Source of the DNA: an uncultured Rhodospirillaceae bacterium
GTDB lineage: Bacteria > Pseudomonadota > Alphaproteobacteria > UBA8366
Reading direction: 5' to 3'
Assembly (NCBI GenBank): GCA_964585785.1
Contig: CAZPFL010000001.1
Span: 3,219-67,218, forward strand
Length of the DNA stretch: 64,000 bases
Both the position numbers and the translations under genes were made by a program. The notes under the pieces are model-generated. The model ran no database searches and was not told the origin of the DNA. It saw nothing but the letters and a program-made list of their open reading frames with translations. Positions 18,903 through 27,069 of this stretch are shown in pieces; within the stretch, counting starts at the first letter, position 1, and every line of letters begins with the position of its first letter.

Positions 18903-20017
18903 GGGTCGATTCGAACCTCGTCGCCGTCTACCGTGAACCGGTGGGCAAAACCATCGGATGCCCATTCCATGTACCGGACGGCATCGTCGAAGCGCGGGTC
19001 GCCGTTGTGGAGGACTTCCGGCCGGTATTGCCGGTCGATCAGCATGGGGATGAAGGAAACGGATTTCACGCCGTCCTTGGCGAAGATCGCCTTCGCCATC
19101 AGCGTCCGCTTCGCGTCCGCGCCGTAGGGTAACAGCGGGTAGGCCGGATCCTGGTCGGCGTAGTTGCGAATGGCGCCGACTTTCCAGGGTTCTTCCTGCC
19201 ACCGGAAAGACGGGTCGGGCTTGGTCATGCAGAAATTGCTCAGGCTGTAAAAGCAGACCTTGCCTTTGTAGGTTTCGATCGCTTTCGGCACATGCGCATG
19301 GTGTCCGAGGATCAGGTCCGCGCCGGCATCGATCGCATGATGCGCGGTTTCGACCTGGTAGTCGGCAATCAATCGCGGCGCCCACAGGATGCCCCAGTGG
19401 AAAGCTACGACAACGATGTCCACCTGCCGCCGCAACGACGCAATGTCCTCGGCGATCATCGCCAGGTGTTCCGGGAAGGCCTTCGAGGTGGCGCGCGGCG
19501 GAAAGTTCGGGCCGCGGTCCTCGATAGCGGAGGTTGCGCCCAGCGGCGCGATGCCGATCTTGTCCGGGCCGGCTTCGCCGCCTTTGGGGATGACCGAACA
19601 ATAGCCGAGGAAGCCGACCGTGAGTCCCTTGCATTCGACGATCGCCGGCAGGCGCGCTTCGGCCAGGTCCTTTCCGGCGCCGGTGACCCGAATGCCCTTG
19701 CTCAGAATCAACGCGCGCGTGTCGAGAAGGGGCTCGGGACCGAAATCATACATGTGGTTGTTGGCGAGGGTCACGGCGTCGAAGCCGCATTGATCGAAGA
19801 TCGCCGCCATTTCGGGTGGCTGGCAGCCGTGCGGGTACTCCTTGTTGACGGTTCCGCGTGTCGAATATTGCCGCTCGCAATTGCCGAACCGCATATCCAC
19901 GGCCTGCAAGGTCGGCAGCACCAGTTCGCAATAGCGGTCGACCGGCCCATGCACCGGTCCGACGTCACCCACGCCCAAGAAAGAAATTTGCTGATCAACC
20001 GAAGCCGTTCCCGACAT
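18899..20017 (-). CDS. CapA-family (PGA_cap metallophosphatase-like) protein
   Basis: FLGVGDVGP, TLANNHMYDFG, VVVAFHWG and ILGHHAHVPK are CapA/metallophosphoesterase blocks. ATG at 20017; a TTG at 20035 is the alternative. Confidence 0.8.
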   Translation of the reverse strand: MSGTASVDQQISFLGVGDVGPVHGPVDRYCELVLPTLQAVDMRFGNCERQYSTRGTVNKEYPHGCQPPEMAAIFDQCGFDAVTLANNHMYDFGPEPLLDTRALILSKGIRVTGAGKDLAEARLPAIVECKGLTVGFLGYCSVIPKGGEAGPDKIGIAPLGATSAIEDRGPNFPPRATSKAFPEHLAMIAEDIASLRRQVDIVVVAFHWGILWAPRLIADYQVETAHHAIDAGADLILGHHAHVPKAIETYKGKVCFYSLSNFCMTKPDPSFRWQEEPWKVGAIRNYADQDPAYPLLPYGADAKRTLMAKAIFAKDGVKSVSFIPMLIDRQYRPEVLHNGDPRFDDAVRYMEWASDGFAHRFTVDGDEVRIDP

Positions 20018-20036
20018 GACTTGACAGGTTCCCAAT

Positions 20037-20210
20037 CAGTGGTCCGGTTGCAGTGAGAGGGGCCGGACGTTTTCAGGGTATGGCTGTTTGAAGGTATTGG
20101 GCAACATTGCTGCAGGTGCCGGTGGTGGGTAGCCGAGCGCCGTATGCGGCCCAAGCGTGTTGTAGTGTCAGCGCCACGTGCAACGGCCACTTGAGGATCG
20201 CAGATTTGTG
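20037..20210 (-). mobile_element. relic of IS3-family transposase OrfB C-terminus (pseudogene fragment)
   Basis: Minus-strand translation gives ...RCTWR*HYNTLGPHTALGYPPPAPAAMLPNTF...LQPDH*. This matches the conserved WRRHYN..RPH.(S/A)LGY.PPAP end of IS3/IS407-group OrfB, with an in-frame stop. It is cut off by the stop of the neighbouring PrpD gene. Confidence 0.55.
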
Positions 20211-20213
20211 GGC

Positions 20214-21641
20214 CTATTCCGCGCCGGCGTGTGTATCCGTTTCGATCGAATTGCCTGGATGGTTGTAGGACGGCACCTTCAGAAGGCTGGTGAGCTCCGA
20301 GATGTCGTCGAGCTGCGGCAGCGCCTCGATGGTCGCGATGATCTGATCCAGATCGATATCGCGGTCGACCGTGTCGACAAGCGCGCGTGCCTTGCCGACG
20401 ACGCCCGAATGCGAGAGCGGCCTCTCCGGCGTGCCGAGGCTGTCGAGGATCGTGATCGACTTGACCGAGCCGTCCTTCAGCTCGAGATCGACGGCGTGCG
20501 GCATTTTCCGCGGCACCATCGGGTCGAACGCGGCCTCGTGAACGACCTCGACTCGGTCGACGATATCGAGGATCCGGCGGTCGGCGTGATGGTCGTCACC
20601 ATAAGCGTCGAAGCGGCGCGGCCCGTAGGCCATCGTCGCCCCGACGATGAAGGGCATGCTGTATTGTGCCGCCATCACCGAGTCCGGGCGCGTCATCTGA
20701 TGCCCGGCAATCGCGGTCTCCGGCGAGTGCACCTTGATCCGCGCGATCGATCCTGTATCGAGATGGAAGCCGTCCGTCGCCTGTTCGAGCGCGTCGATTA
20801 GCGAGTGGAACTTTCGGCAGCAGGAATACGGCTTCACGCTGATGTTGTGTATTTCCAAGGGCTCTTTCGCCTTCTTCTTCAGGCGTGACGGGTCGGGGTC
20901 CTTGCCGAAGACCTTGAAGAAGCCGAGCTGTCCGTCCAGCGCTTGCATCGGACCGGCAACGCCGATCTCGGAAAGCTGGGCGGCGATGATGCCGTTCTGC
21001 GCGGGAATGCCGCCGTGCATCCGCTTGACCATGGTGCCTTTGGGCTCGAACGCGAACTGGTTGACGCCGCTCGTCATCGACAGCGCGAGGCCCCAGGCGC
21101 GTGCCATCCCGTCGCTATCGAGGCCCAACAGTTTGGCCGCCGCCGCGGCAGCGCCGAAGGGCCCGAACAGGCAGGTCGGGTGGTGTCCGTGCGTAAGAAC
21201 GCCAAGCGCGTTCGCCGCCATGCCGATCCGGCCCATCGCCTCATAGCCTGCGACGATCGCCGGCAGGATATCGCGCCCCGGAGAGCCGAGTTCGCTGCCG
21301 ACCGCCAGCGCGGCGGTTATCACGGCGGCGCCCGGGTGGCTCATCGAGGCGTCATGCGTATCGTCGAGCTCGTAGCCGTGCGCGGACGTGCCGTTGACGA
21401 GGCCTGCCGTGGCCGCGCCGGCCAGTCGGCCGCTGCCGATCAGGGGGGCGGTCCCGGCCGCGCCATGGCGCGCCGCCCATGTCGTCAGCATCCGGCCCCA
21501 GGGCTGGACCGATCCGGCGATTGCGACGACGACGTGATCGAGGACGAGTTTCTGGACCTGTTGGATGTCCTCCTGCGCCAGGCTACCCGTATCAAGCGCC
21601 GTCAGCTCAACGGCCAGGTCTATGGTGAGATTTCCCGGCAT
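20214..21641 (-). CDS. MmgE/PrpD family protein (paralogue 3)
   Basis: 475 aa. MPGNLTIDLAVELTALDTGSLAQEDIQQVQKLVLDHVVVAIAGS... with PrpD-type architecture throughout. Confidence 0.85.
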   Translation of the reverse strand: MPGNLTIDLAVELTALDTGSLAQEDIQQVQKLVLDHVVVAIAGSVQPWGRMLTTWAARHGAAGTAPLIGSGRLAGAATAGLVNGTSAHGYELDDTHDASMSHPGAAVITAALAVGSELGSPGRDILPAIVAGYEAMGRIGMAANALGVLTHGHHPTCLFGPFGAAAAAAKLLGLDSDGMARAWGLALSMTSGVNQFAFEPKGTMVKRMHGGIPAQNGIIAAQLSEIGVAGPMQALDGQLGFFKVFGKDPDPSRLKKKAKEPLEIHNISVKPYSCCRKFHSLIDALEQATDGFHLDTGSIARIKVHSPETAIAGHQMTRPDSVMAAQYSMPFIVGATMAYGPRRFDAYGDDHHADRRILDIVDRVEVVHEAAFDPMVPRKMPHAVDLELKDGSVKSITILDSLGTPERPLSHSGVVGKARALVDTVDRDIDLDQIIATIEALPQLDDISELTSLLKVPSYNHPGNSIETDTHAGAE

Positions 21642-21724
21642 ATCGCATCTCCTGGTCGCGGCGTATGGGTCGCTCGTGAACCCATCATATTCTGCGCCTT
21701 GAGCCTCTCATTCGGCAAATTGCG

Positions 21725-21904
21725 GGCGCTGTCTTTGGCCGCCGTGCCGGCCTGTATGCGGGGAAGGCCAACGCATGAAAGGCCCGTCGTTTTGCCCCCG
21801 ATAGCAGACAATGTATAACCGATACCGACCGATTGGATATTCCATGTAGGCCATGCCAAATTGTGAGCTGATCGGGGTAAATCGGCCCGGGTCGGCAAAG
21901 CGGC
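21725..21904. repeat. copy A of an unclassified ~180 bp intergenic element
   Basis: Aligns by hand with 30918-31098 in the same orientation: 154 of 181 columns identical, with one gap. The first ~50 and last ~42 nt are best conserved. Mismatches do not follow codon periodicity. Confidence 0.8.
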
Positions 21905-22069
21905 ACCACGAGGCTCATCTCCATGCGTCTCGGCGGCGGCGTCCAGCGGCCCATCGCGTCCGCAATCGACGGCAATTCTGTCATGTCGGAGAATGGATTG
22001 ACGGATTTTGGATATTCGCTTTGTCTGACGTAAAATAACGGACAATGCGAGGATTGATCGCCTAACTCC

Positions 22070-23134
22070 GTGTTTGCGGAGGCGAGAAAATGGGAGAAAC
22101 TGTTGTCGCAACGCCTTGACGGTCCTGTGCGAGACCGATCCGCGTGGCGGGCCTCTGATGTCGCCCACGACGAGTCCTGGATCCACCACCTTACGCACAC
22201 CGAGCTATCAGAACTCGATGCCGCCGTCGCCCAGGTGACCGAGGCCGGCCTCGCGCCGCTCGCTTTCACGCGGGATGCGTTTCCGTTGCCGTCCTTCGGA
22301 CCAGCCCTCGCCCAAATGCTCGATGAGCTCGAGAACGGTCGCGGGTTTGTTCTAATCCGAGGCATTCCGGTCGAGCGTTACGACGAACCAACGCTCTACC
22401 GGCTCTACTGGGGAATCGCCGTCCACTTGGGCGACATGATTTCACAGAATGCCCGCGGCGATCTGATCGGGCGGGTTGAAGACCAGGGCGTCGATATCAA
22501 AGCCGTCAACGCGCGGGGCTATACGACGAACGCGGAATTGCATCCCCACAATGATTCTGCGGACTTGGTTGGGCTCCTCTGTGTCCGTCAAGCAAGGCAA
22601 GGCGGCGAAAGCACGATAGCCAGCGCGATGGCCATCTATAACGAGATATTGGCCACGCACCCGGAATACCTCGACGCGCTCTACCGCGGCTTTCAATATG
22701 ACGTGCGCGGAGAAGGGGTAACCGGGGCTTCGAAAGAAGTCACACGCAACCGCGTCCCCGTTTACAGCTATTTCGATGGCCGCCTGTCATGCCGCTACAA
22801 CAAGCGAGCCATCGAGACCGCGGCCGAGAAGATGGGGCAACCACTTGCAGCACTCGAGCAGGCCGCTATCGACATGATTGCGCGACTGACGCTCGACCCT
22901 GCCATGCGCCTCAACATGTGCTTGTGGCCGGGCGATCTGCAGCTGCTGAACAATCACATGATCTTGCACGCTCGGAGTAACTTTTTAGATTGGCCGGAAC
23001 GCGACCGGCGGCGCTTGCTTCTGCGGCTCTGGGTCAATCGACGGGAAGGTGAGGGACGCCGGCTGGCACCGGAGTTTGCCGATCGGTACAACACCGGGCA
23101 CCGTCAGGGCGTCGCGGTATCGGCGGCTGAATAG
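22070..23134 (+). CDS. TauD/TfdA-family (clavaminate-synthase-like) Fe(II)/2OG dioxygenase
   Basis: 354 aa. GRGFVLIRGIPVE and HPHNDSADLVGLLCVRQARQGGESTIASAMAIYNE (HxD). Paralogue of 25483..26625. GTG start at 22070 is uncertain. Confidence 0.75.
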   Translation: MFAEARKWEKLLSQRLDGPVRDRSAWRASDVAHDESWIHHLTHTELSELDAAVAQVTEAGLAPLAFTRDAFPLPSFGPALAQMLDELENGRGFVLIRGIPVERYDEPTLYRLYWGIAVHLGDMISQNARGDLIGRVEDQGVDIKAVNARGYTTNAELHPHNDSADLVGLLCVRQARQGGESTIASAMAIYNEILATHPEYLDALYRGFQYDVRGEGVTGASKEVTRNRVPVYSYFDGRLSCRYNKRAIETAAEKMGQPLAALEQAAIDMIARLTLDPAMRLNMCLWPGDLQLLNNHMILHARSNFLDWPERDRRRLLLRLWVNRREGEGRRLAPEFADRYNTGHRQGVAVSAAE

Positions 23135-23172
23135 ACACGGTCGCTGCTTGGACGAACCTGGCGCGCGATGCG

Positions 23173-23544
23173 TCACCGAGTCAGGCGGCGGCAGTCGGCC
23201 GCACACGGCCCGTAACCGTCGTCAGGCTTGCGGCCCGGACGATGCAGCACGGATTTCGTGAGTGTGATCTCAGCGTTGGTCACGTCCGTCGGCCGGCACT
23301 CACCCGCAACCGTACCATTGACGATCAAGGTATAGCCGCCGGGCTCCGTAGGCGGCCAGAACAACGACACGTTGGGCTCGCGCGCGATGTTCTTGGCAGC
23401 GGACGCACCCACGGTGCAGCCGATGCTGCCGCCGCGAAGCTCGATGGTCACATGGCTGGTGTGCGGACCATCTTTGGCGACCGTGAGCAGATAGGCCTCG
23501 TGGCCGTAGTGGGCGATCGCCTCGGCGAGCGTGCGGATCGGCAT
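23173..23544 (-). CDS. pyridoxamine 5'-phosphate oxidase-like (split-barrel flavin-binding) protein, putative
   Basis: ATG 23544 preceded by AAGGAAAG. About 123 aa: MPIRTLAEAIAHYGHEAYLLTVAKDGPHTSHVTIEL...LIVNGTV. Family call is by general resemblance only. Confidence 0.5.
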   Translation of the reverse strand: MPIRTLAEAIAHYGHEAYLLTVAKDGPHTSHVTIELRGGSIGCTVGASAAKNIAREPNVSLFWPPTEPGGYTLIVNGTVAGECRPTDVTNAEITLTKSVLHRPGRKPDDGYGPCAADCRRLTR

Positions 23545-23773
23545 GATTGGTCTTTCCTTGGTTCCGGCCTCCGGTGGAGCACTCATACATGGTCGTCGAA
23601 TAAGCGCGTCTATTTTTAGATTAAGCTTCAAATGATGCATTGGCTATGTGTCTTTAAAACACGCGTGCCAGGGAGAACAGCAATTCGTGTCCCGTTCGGA
23701 AAGCCGATCATGACTTTCCGTTCAACGCAGGATTAAGGCACTTATGATGGTTTGAATAAAGGCAGCACCTGCA

Positions 23774-24205
23774 ATGACTGAAACTTGGTCAGGAACGTAC
23801 GAGTCACTCCCGATCGGCGCGGAAGAGTCGAGCGCCCAGCAGATTGACGGCGCGGCAATTGACGCGTTCGCGAATGCGATCCAAAGCTTCAACCCGATTC
23901 ACATGGACGGCGACTGGGCGCGTGCCAATACGCCCTACCCGGACAGGATCGCGCACGGCGTCATGACCACGGCGTTGATGTCCAAGCCATTGTTCCAGTT
24001 CTGCGAACGCTGGAAGATCCGCACCGCGCTGGTGTCGACGTCATCCAAATACATTCGTCCCGTCATCGCGGGCGATACGATCACGACTGTCGTGCGTCTC
24101 GTCGAGAAGATCGACGCCCGCAGGCGCATTCGATTCGAGGTCGAGTCAAAGAACCAGCGCGGCGAGGTCGTGATGGTCGGCGAGATGGTCGAGCAGGCGC
24201 TCTGA
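23774..24205 (+). CDS. MaoC-like (hot-dog fold) dehydratase
   Basis: 143 aa. FANAIQSFNPIHMDGDWARANTPYPDRIAHGVMT is the MaoC hydratase motif region. Confidence 0.8.
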   Translation: MTETWSGTYESLPIGAEESSAQQIDGAAIDAFANAIQSFNPIHMDGDWARANTPYPDRIAHGVMTTALMSKPLFQFCERWKIRTALVSTSSKYIRPVIAGDTITTVVRLVEKIDARRRIRFEVESKNQRGEVVMVGEMVEQAL

Positions 24206-24223
24206 GCCTGCCCGCTGCCCTAA

Positions 24224-25339
24224 TCACCCGGCGGGATCATGGCCGGCGGCGAGCGTCTGCAGCCATCGGGATTTGTAGCCGCGGACATATTGCGGCGGAT
24301 AGGAAACCTCTGCACCCAGCGCCGCGGCGGCGCGCCAAGCCCAGTGCGGATCGAACAGCATCCCGCGGGCGAGTGCGACCATGTCGGCGTCTCCGGCGGC
24401 GATGATCTGCTCGGCATGGGTCGGGCGGTAGATCATGCCCACGGCGATGACGGGAATATCGACGTCGCGCCGGATGCGCGTGGCGAGAGGAACCTGGTGG
24501 CCTTCGCCGATCGGGATTTTCTGCGCCGGCGAAAGACCGCCCGACGATACGGTGATGTAGTCGCATCCCAACGCTTTCAGCTCCCGGCACAGGGTCACTG
24601 CGTCGTCGAGCGTCCAGCCGCCGTCAAGCCAGTCGGACGCTGAGATGCGCGTTCCCATCGGCTTTTCGGCGGGCCATCTTGCGCGAACAGCCTCGAAAAT
24701 CTCCAGTACCAGACGCATCCGGTTCTCCAGTGACCCACCGTAGCCGTCCTGGCGCCGGTTGCTAAGCGGCGACAAGAACTCGTGCAGCAGATATCCATGC
24801 GCGGCATGGAGCTCGACAACGTCCACGCCGATACGGTTGGCGCGAACGGCGGCCTCGACGTGGGCGGCGATCACGCCCCGGATGCCTCCGGCATCGAGCG
24901 GCTTCGGCACCGGCCAATCATCCGCAAAAGGCAGCCCGGAACACCCGACCGTCGGCCAGGCGCCTTCGGCCGGTGTGAGGGGCATCCCGCGTCTCTCCCA
25001 AGGGAGCTTTGCCGAGCCTTTTCGGCCGCTATGGGAAAGCTGCATCCCGATGCGGCACGATCCGTATGTGTGGCAGAAGGCGACGACGCGCGAGAGTGCG
25101 GCCTCGTTTTCGTCTGAATACAGGCCCAGACATCCATGGGTAATCCGGCCGCGCGGCTCCACATGGGTGGCTTCAATGACCAGCATACCCGCGCCGGCGA
25201 CGGCGAACTGTCCCAAATGCATCAGATGCCAGTCGCCGGCCGATCCATCGACCGCACTGTACTGGCACATGGGGGATACGGTAATCCGGTTTGCCAGGGT
25301 GAGCGCGCGCAATTGGATTGGGGAGAAGAGTGCTGACAT
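24224..25339 (-). CDS. NADH:flavin oxidoreductase (Old Yellow Enzyme family)
   Basis: 371 aa. MSALFSPIQLRALTLANRITVSPMCQYSA and HAAHGYLLHEFLSPLSNRRQDGYGGSLENR are OYE blocks. Confidence 0.9.
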   Translation of the reverse strand: MSALFSPIQLRALTLANRITVSPMCQYSAVDGSAGDWHLMHLGQFAVAGAGMLVIEATHVEPRGRITHGCLGLYSDENEAALSRVVAFCHTYGSCRIGMQLSHSGRKGSAKLPWERRGMPLTPAEGAWPTVGCSGLPFADDWPVPKPLDAGGIRGVIAAHVEAAVRANRIGVDVVELHAAHGYLLHEFLSPLSNRRQDGYGGSLENRMRLVLEIFEAVRARWPAEKPMGTRISASDWLDGGWTLDDAVTLCRELKALGCDYITVSSGGLSPAQKIPIGEGHQVPLATRIRRDVDIPVIAVGMIYRPTHAEQIIAAGDADMVALARGMLFDPHWAWRAAAALGAEVSYPPQYVRGYKSRWLQTLAAGHDPAG

Positions 25340-25482
25340 TTGCTTACCTCACTGGCCCTAGCGCGGGCATCGCAGCCGGTGGTGGCCGCGACCGTGCCGC
25401 GACCGCTATGCTAGCCTTACGGACGCCCATCGGACCAATTGAGGCATCTAGATCGATTTTTCATTCCTAATGAGGCTTTGCC

Positions 25483-26625
25483 ATGGAGCTGCGCCCAGCC
25501 TTCCTCTCAGTTCCTGTGCCGCCAGTTGCGGCAGATCAGCCGCTACATCCCGTCCACGGTCCTCAGGCGTGGTTCGGGCCGGACCTCGCGCGGAGACCCG
25601 GGAATTGGACGCATACGCTGTCCGCGACGCAGGTTGCAGAGCTGCGTGAAGCGATCCGGCGGGTCGAGATCGCAGGCGTCGATGTCGTCGACATTCGTGC
25701 CACGGACTTTGCCCTCCCATCCTGGGGGTCCCTCCTGCGGCACCTGCGCCAGGATATGTTCGAAGGGCGCGGATTTGCCGTCCTGCGCGGATTTCCCGTG
25801 GGCGATCTATCACCACTGCAGCGATGCCTGGGCTATTTCGGGATCGGATCGCATTTCGGCATTGCCACGTCCCAGAACGCGAAAGGACACGCCATCGGAC
25901 ATGTGTGCGATCTCGGCGTCGACGAAGGCAAGGTGACGGGCCGTGGCTATCAGACTAATTTCCGGCTGCCCTACCACACGGACTCGTCGGACATCGTGGG
26001 GCTGCTGTGCATCAACAAATCGAAGAACGGTGGGCTCAGCAGTCTCGTCAGCTCGGTCACGCTATACAACGAGATGCTCAAACAGCGGCCGGACCTCGTG
26101 CGCGTGCTGATGGGGCCGGTCTACCGGGACCGGCGGGAAGAGATCCCGCCGGGACAGGGGCCCTGGTATGTCATCCCCGTGTTCAACCCTTATGGCGGCC
26201 GCATGTTCACGACCTATGTGCGTAGCACGGTTCGCAAGGCACAGCGCTTTACGGAGCTTCCGCGCATATCGCCGCAGCTCGAAGAGGCGATGGATTATTT
26301 GGACACGATGGCCGAGAACCCGGCCTACCATCTCGACATGGATTTGCAGCCTGGCGACATTCAGTTCGTCTGCAACCACTTTGTTATGCATTCGCGAACC
26401 AGTTTCGAGGACGATCCCGCCCGGTCACTGCGCCGGCATTTGTTGCGTCTGCACTTGGCGTGCGCGGATGGCCCGTCGCTGCCGCCGGTTTATGAAAACC
26501 TGCGGGGCTATAACAAGGATGGCCGTCCGGCGGGAATGCTACTAAAGGGGATGCGGGTGAATGCACCGCTGGAACCGATCGATGGTGGACCGGGCGACCC
26601 CAGCCGCCGCCTGCGCGATCGATAA
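25483..26625 (+). CDS. TauD/TfdA-family (clavaminate-synthase-like) Fe(II)/2OG dioxygenase
   Basis: 380 aa. GRGFAVLRGFPV and PYHTDSSDIVGLLCINKSKNGGLSSLVSSVTLYNE (HxD). Paralogue of 22070..23134. Confidence 0.8.
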   Translation: MELRPAFLSVPVPPVAADQPLHPVHGPQAWFGPDLARRPGNWTHTLSATQVAELREAIRRVEIAGVDVVDIRATDFALPSWGSLLRHLRQDMFEGRGFAVLRGFPVGDLSPLQRCLGYFGIGSHFGIATSQNAKGHAIGHVCDLGVDEGKVTGRGYQTNFRLPYHTDSSDIVGLLCINKSKNGGLSSLVSSVTLYNEMLKQRPDLVRVLMGPVYRDRREEIPPGQGPWYVIPVFNPYGGRMFTTYVRSTVRKAQRFTELPRISPQLEEAMDYLDTMAENPAYHLDMDLQPGDIQFVCNHFVMHSRTSFEDDPARSLRRHLLRLHLACADGPSLPPVYENLRGYNKDGRPAGMLLKGMRVNAPLEPIDGGPGDPSRRLRDR

Positions 26626-26630
26626 GGTGC

Positions 26631-26660
26631 GGCACCAACGTTGATTTGACGATTGGTGCC
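26631..26660 (+). terminator. candidate stem-loop after dioxygenase gene
   Basis: GGCACCAA-N14-TTGGTGCC, a perfect 8 bp stem beginning 6 nt after the stop. No clear U tract. Confidence 0.3.
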
Positions 26661-27069
26661 TGCAAATTTGCTGACGAGGCGCAAAAAAGCGCAGCCTCCG
26701 CCCGTTGAGCCCGTTGTTTCGAAGGCGCCCAAGAGCACGGTATCTGGCCATGACGGACGTTGCGGTCGGTCCAATCGGCGTCCACCTTTTCCCGATAGCG
26801 GACGTCAAGCGAACGACATCTGCTTGCCGCCTCGGATGACTGCTCTTACGCCGGAAACGGACATGCAGGTGCCTAGCGATGGCGTCCATCGATGACACTT
26901 CGTGGACATCGGCGCCGCCAAGCGGATCACCCCGGGTGAGCCCTCGAGATAGCGAAACCGGGTTTACATCCGACGACGTAACGTGGCGCCGATTCACGCC
27001 GCGACCTGCTTTGCTCCAACTCGGCTGCCTAACGTATTCTGATGTACCGCAACGACAGTAGGAAACCCC

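Noticed and set aside
17508-19634. Long N-terminal extensions offered by the ORF track: 708 aa here, plus 5662..7641, 7625..9103, 40465..42243, 41613..43685, 47873..48652 and 16153..17364.
   Set aside because: The extensions run through the preceding gene in another frame. Internal starts give canonical family N-termini and 4-nt stop/start overlaps or good RBSs, so the shorter models were used.
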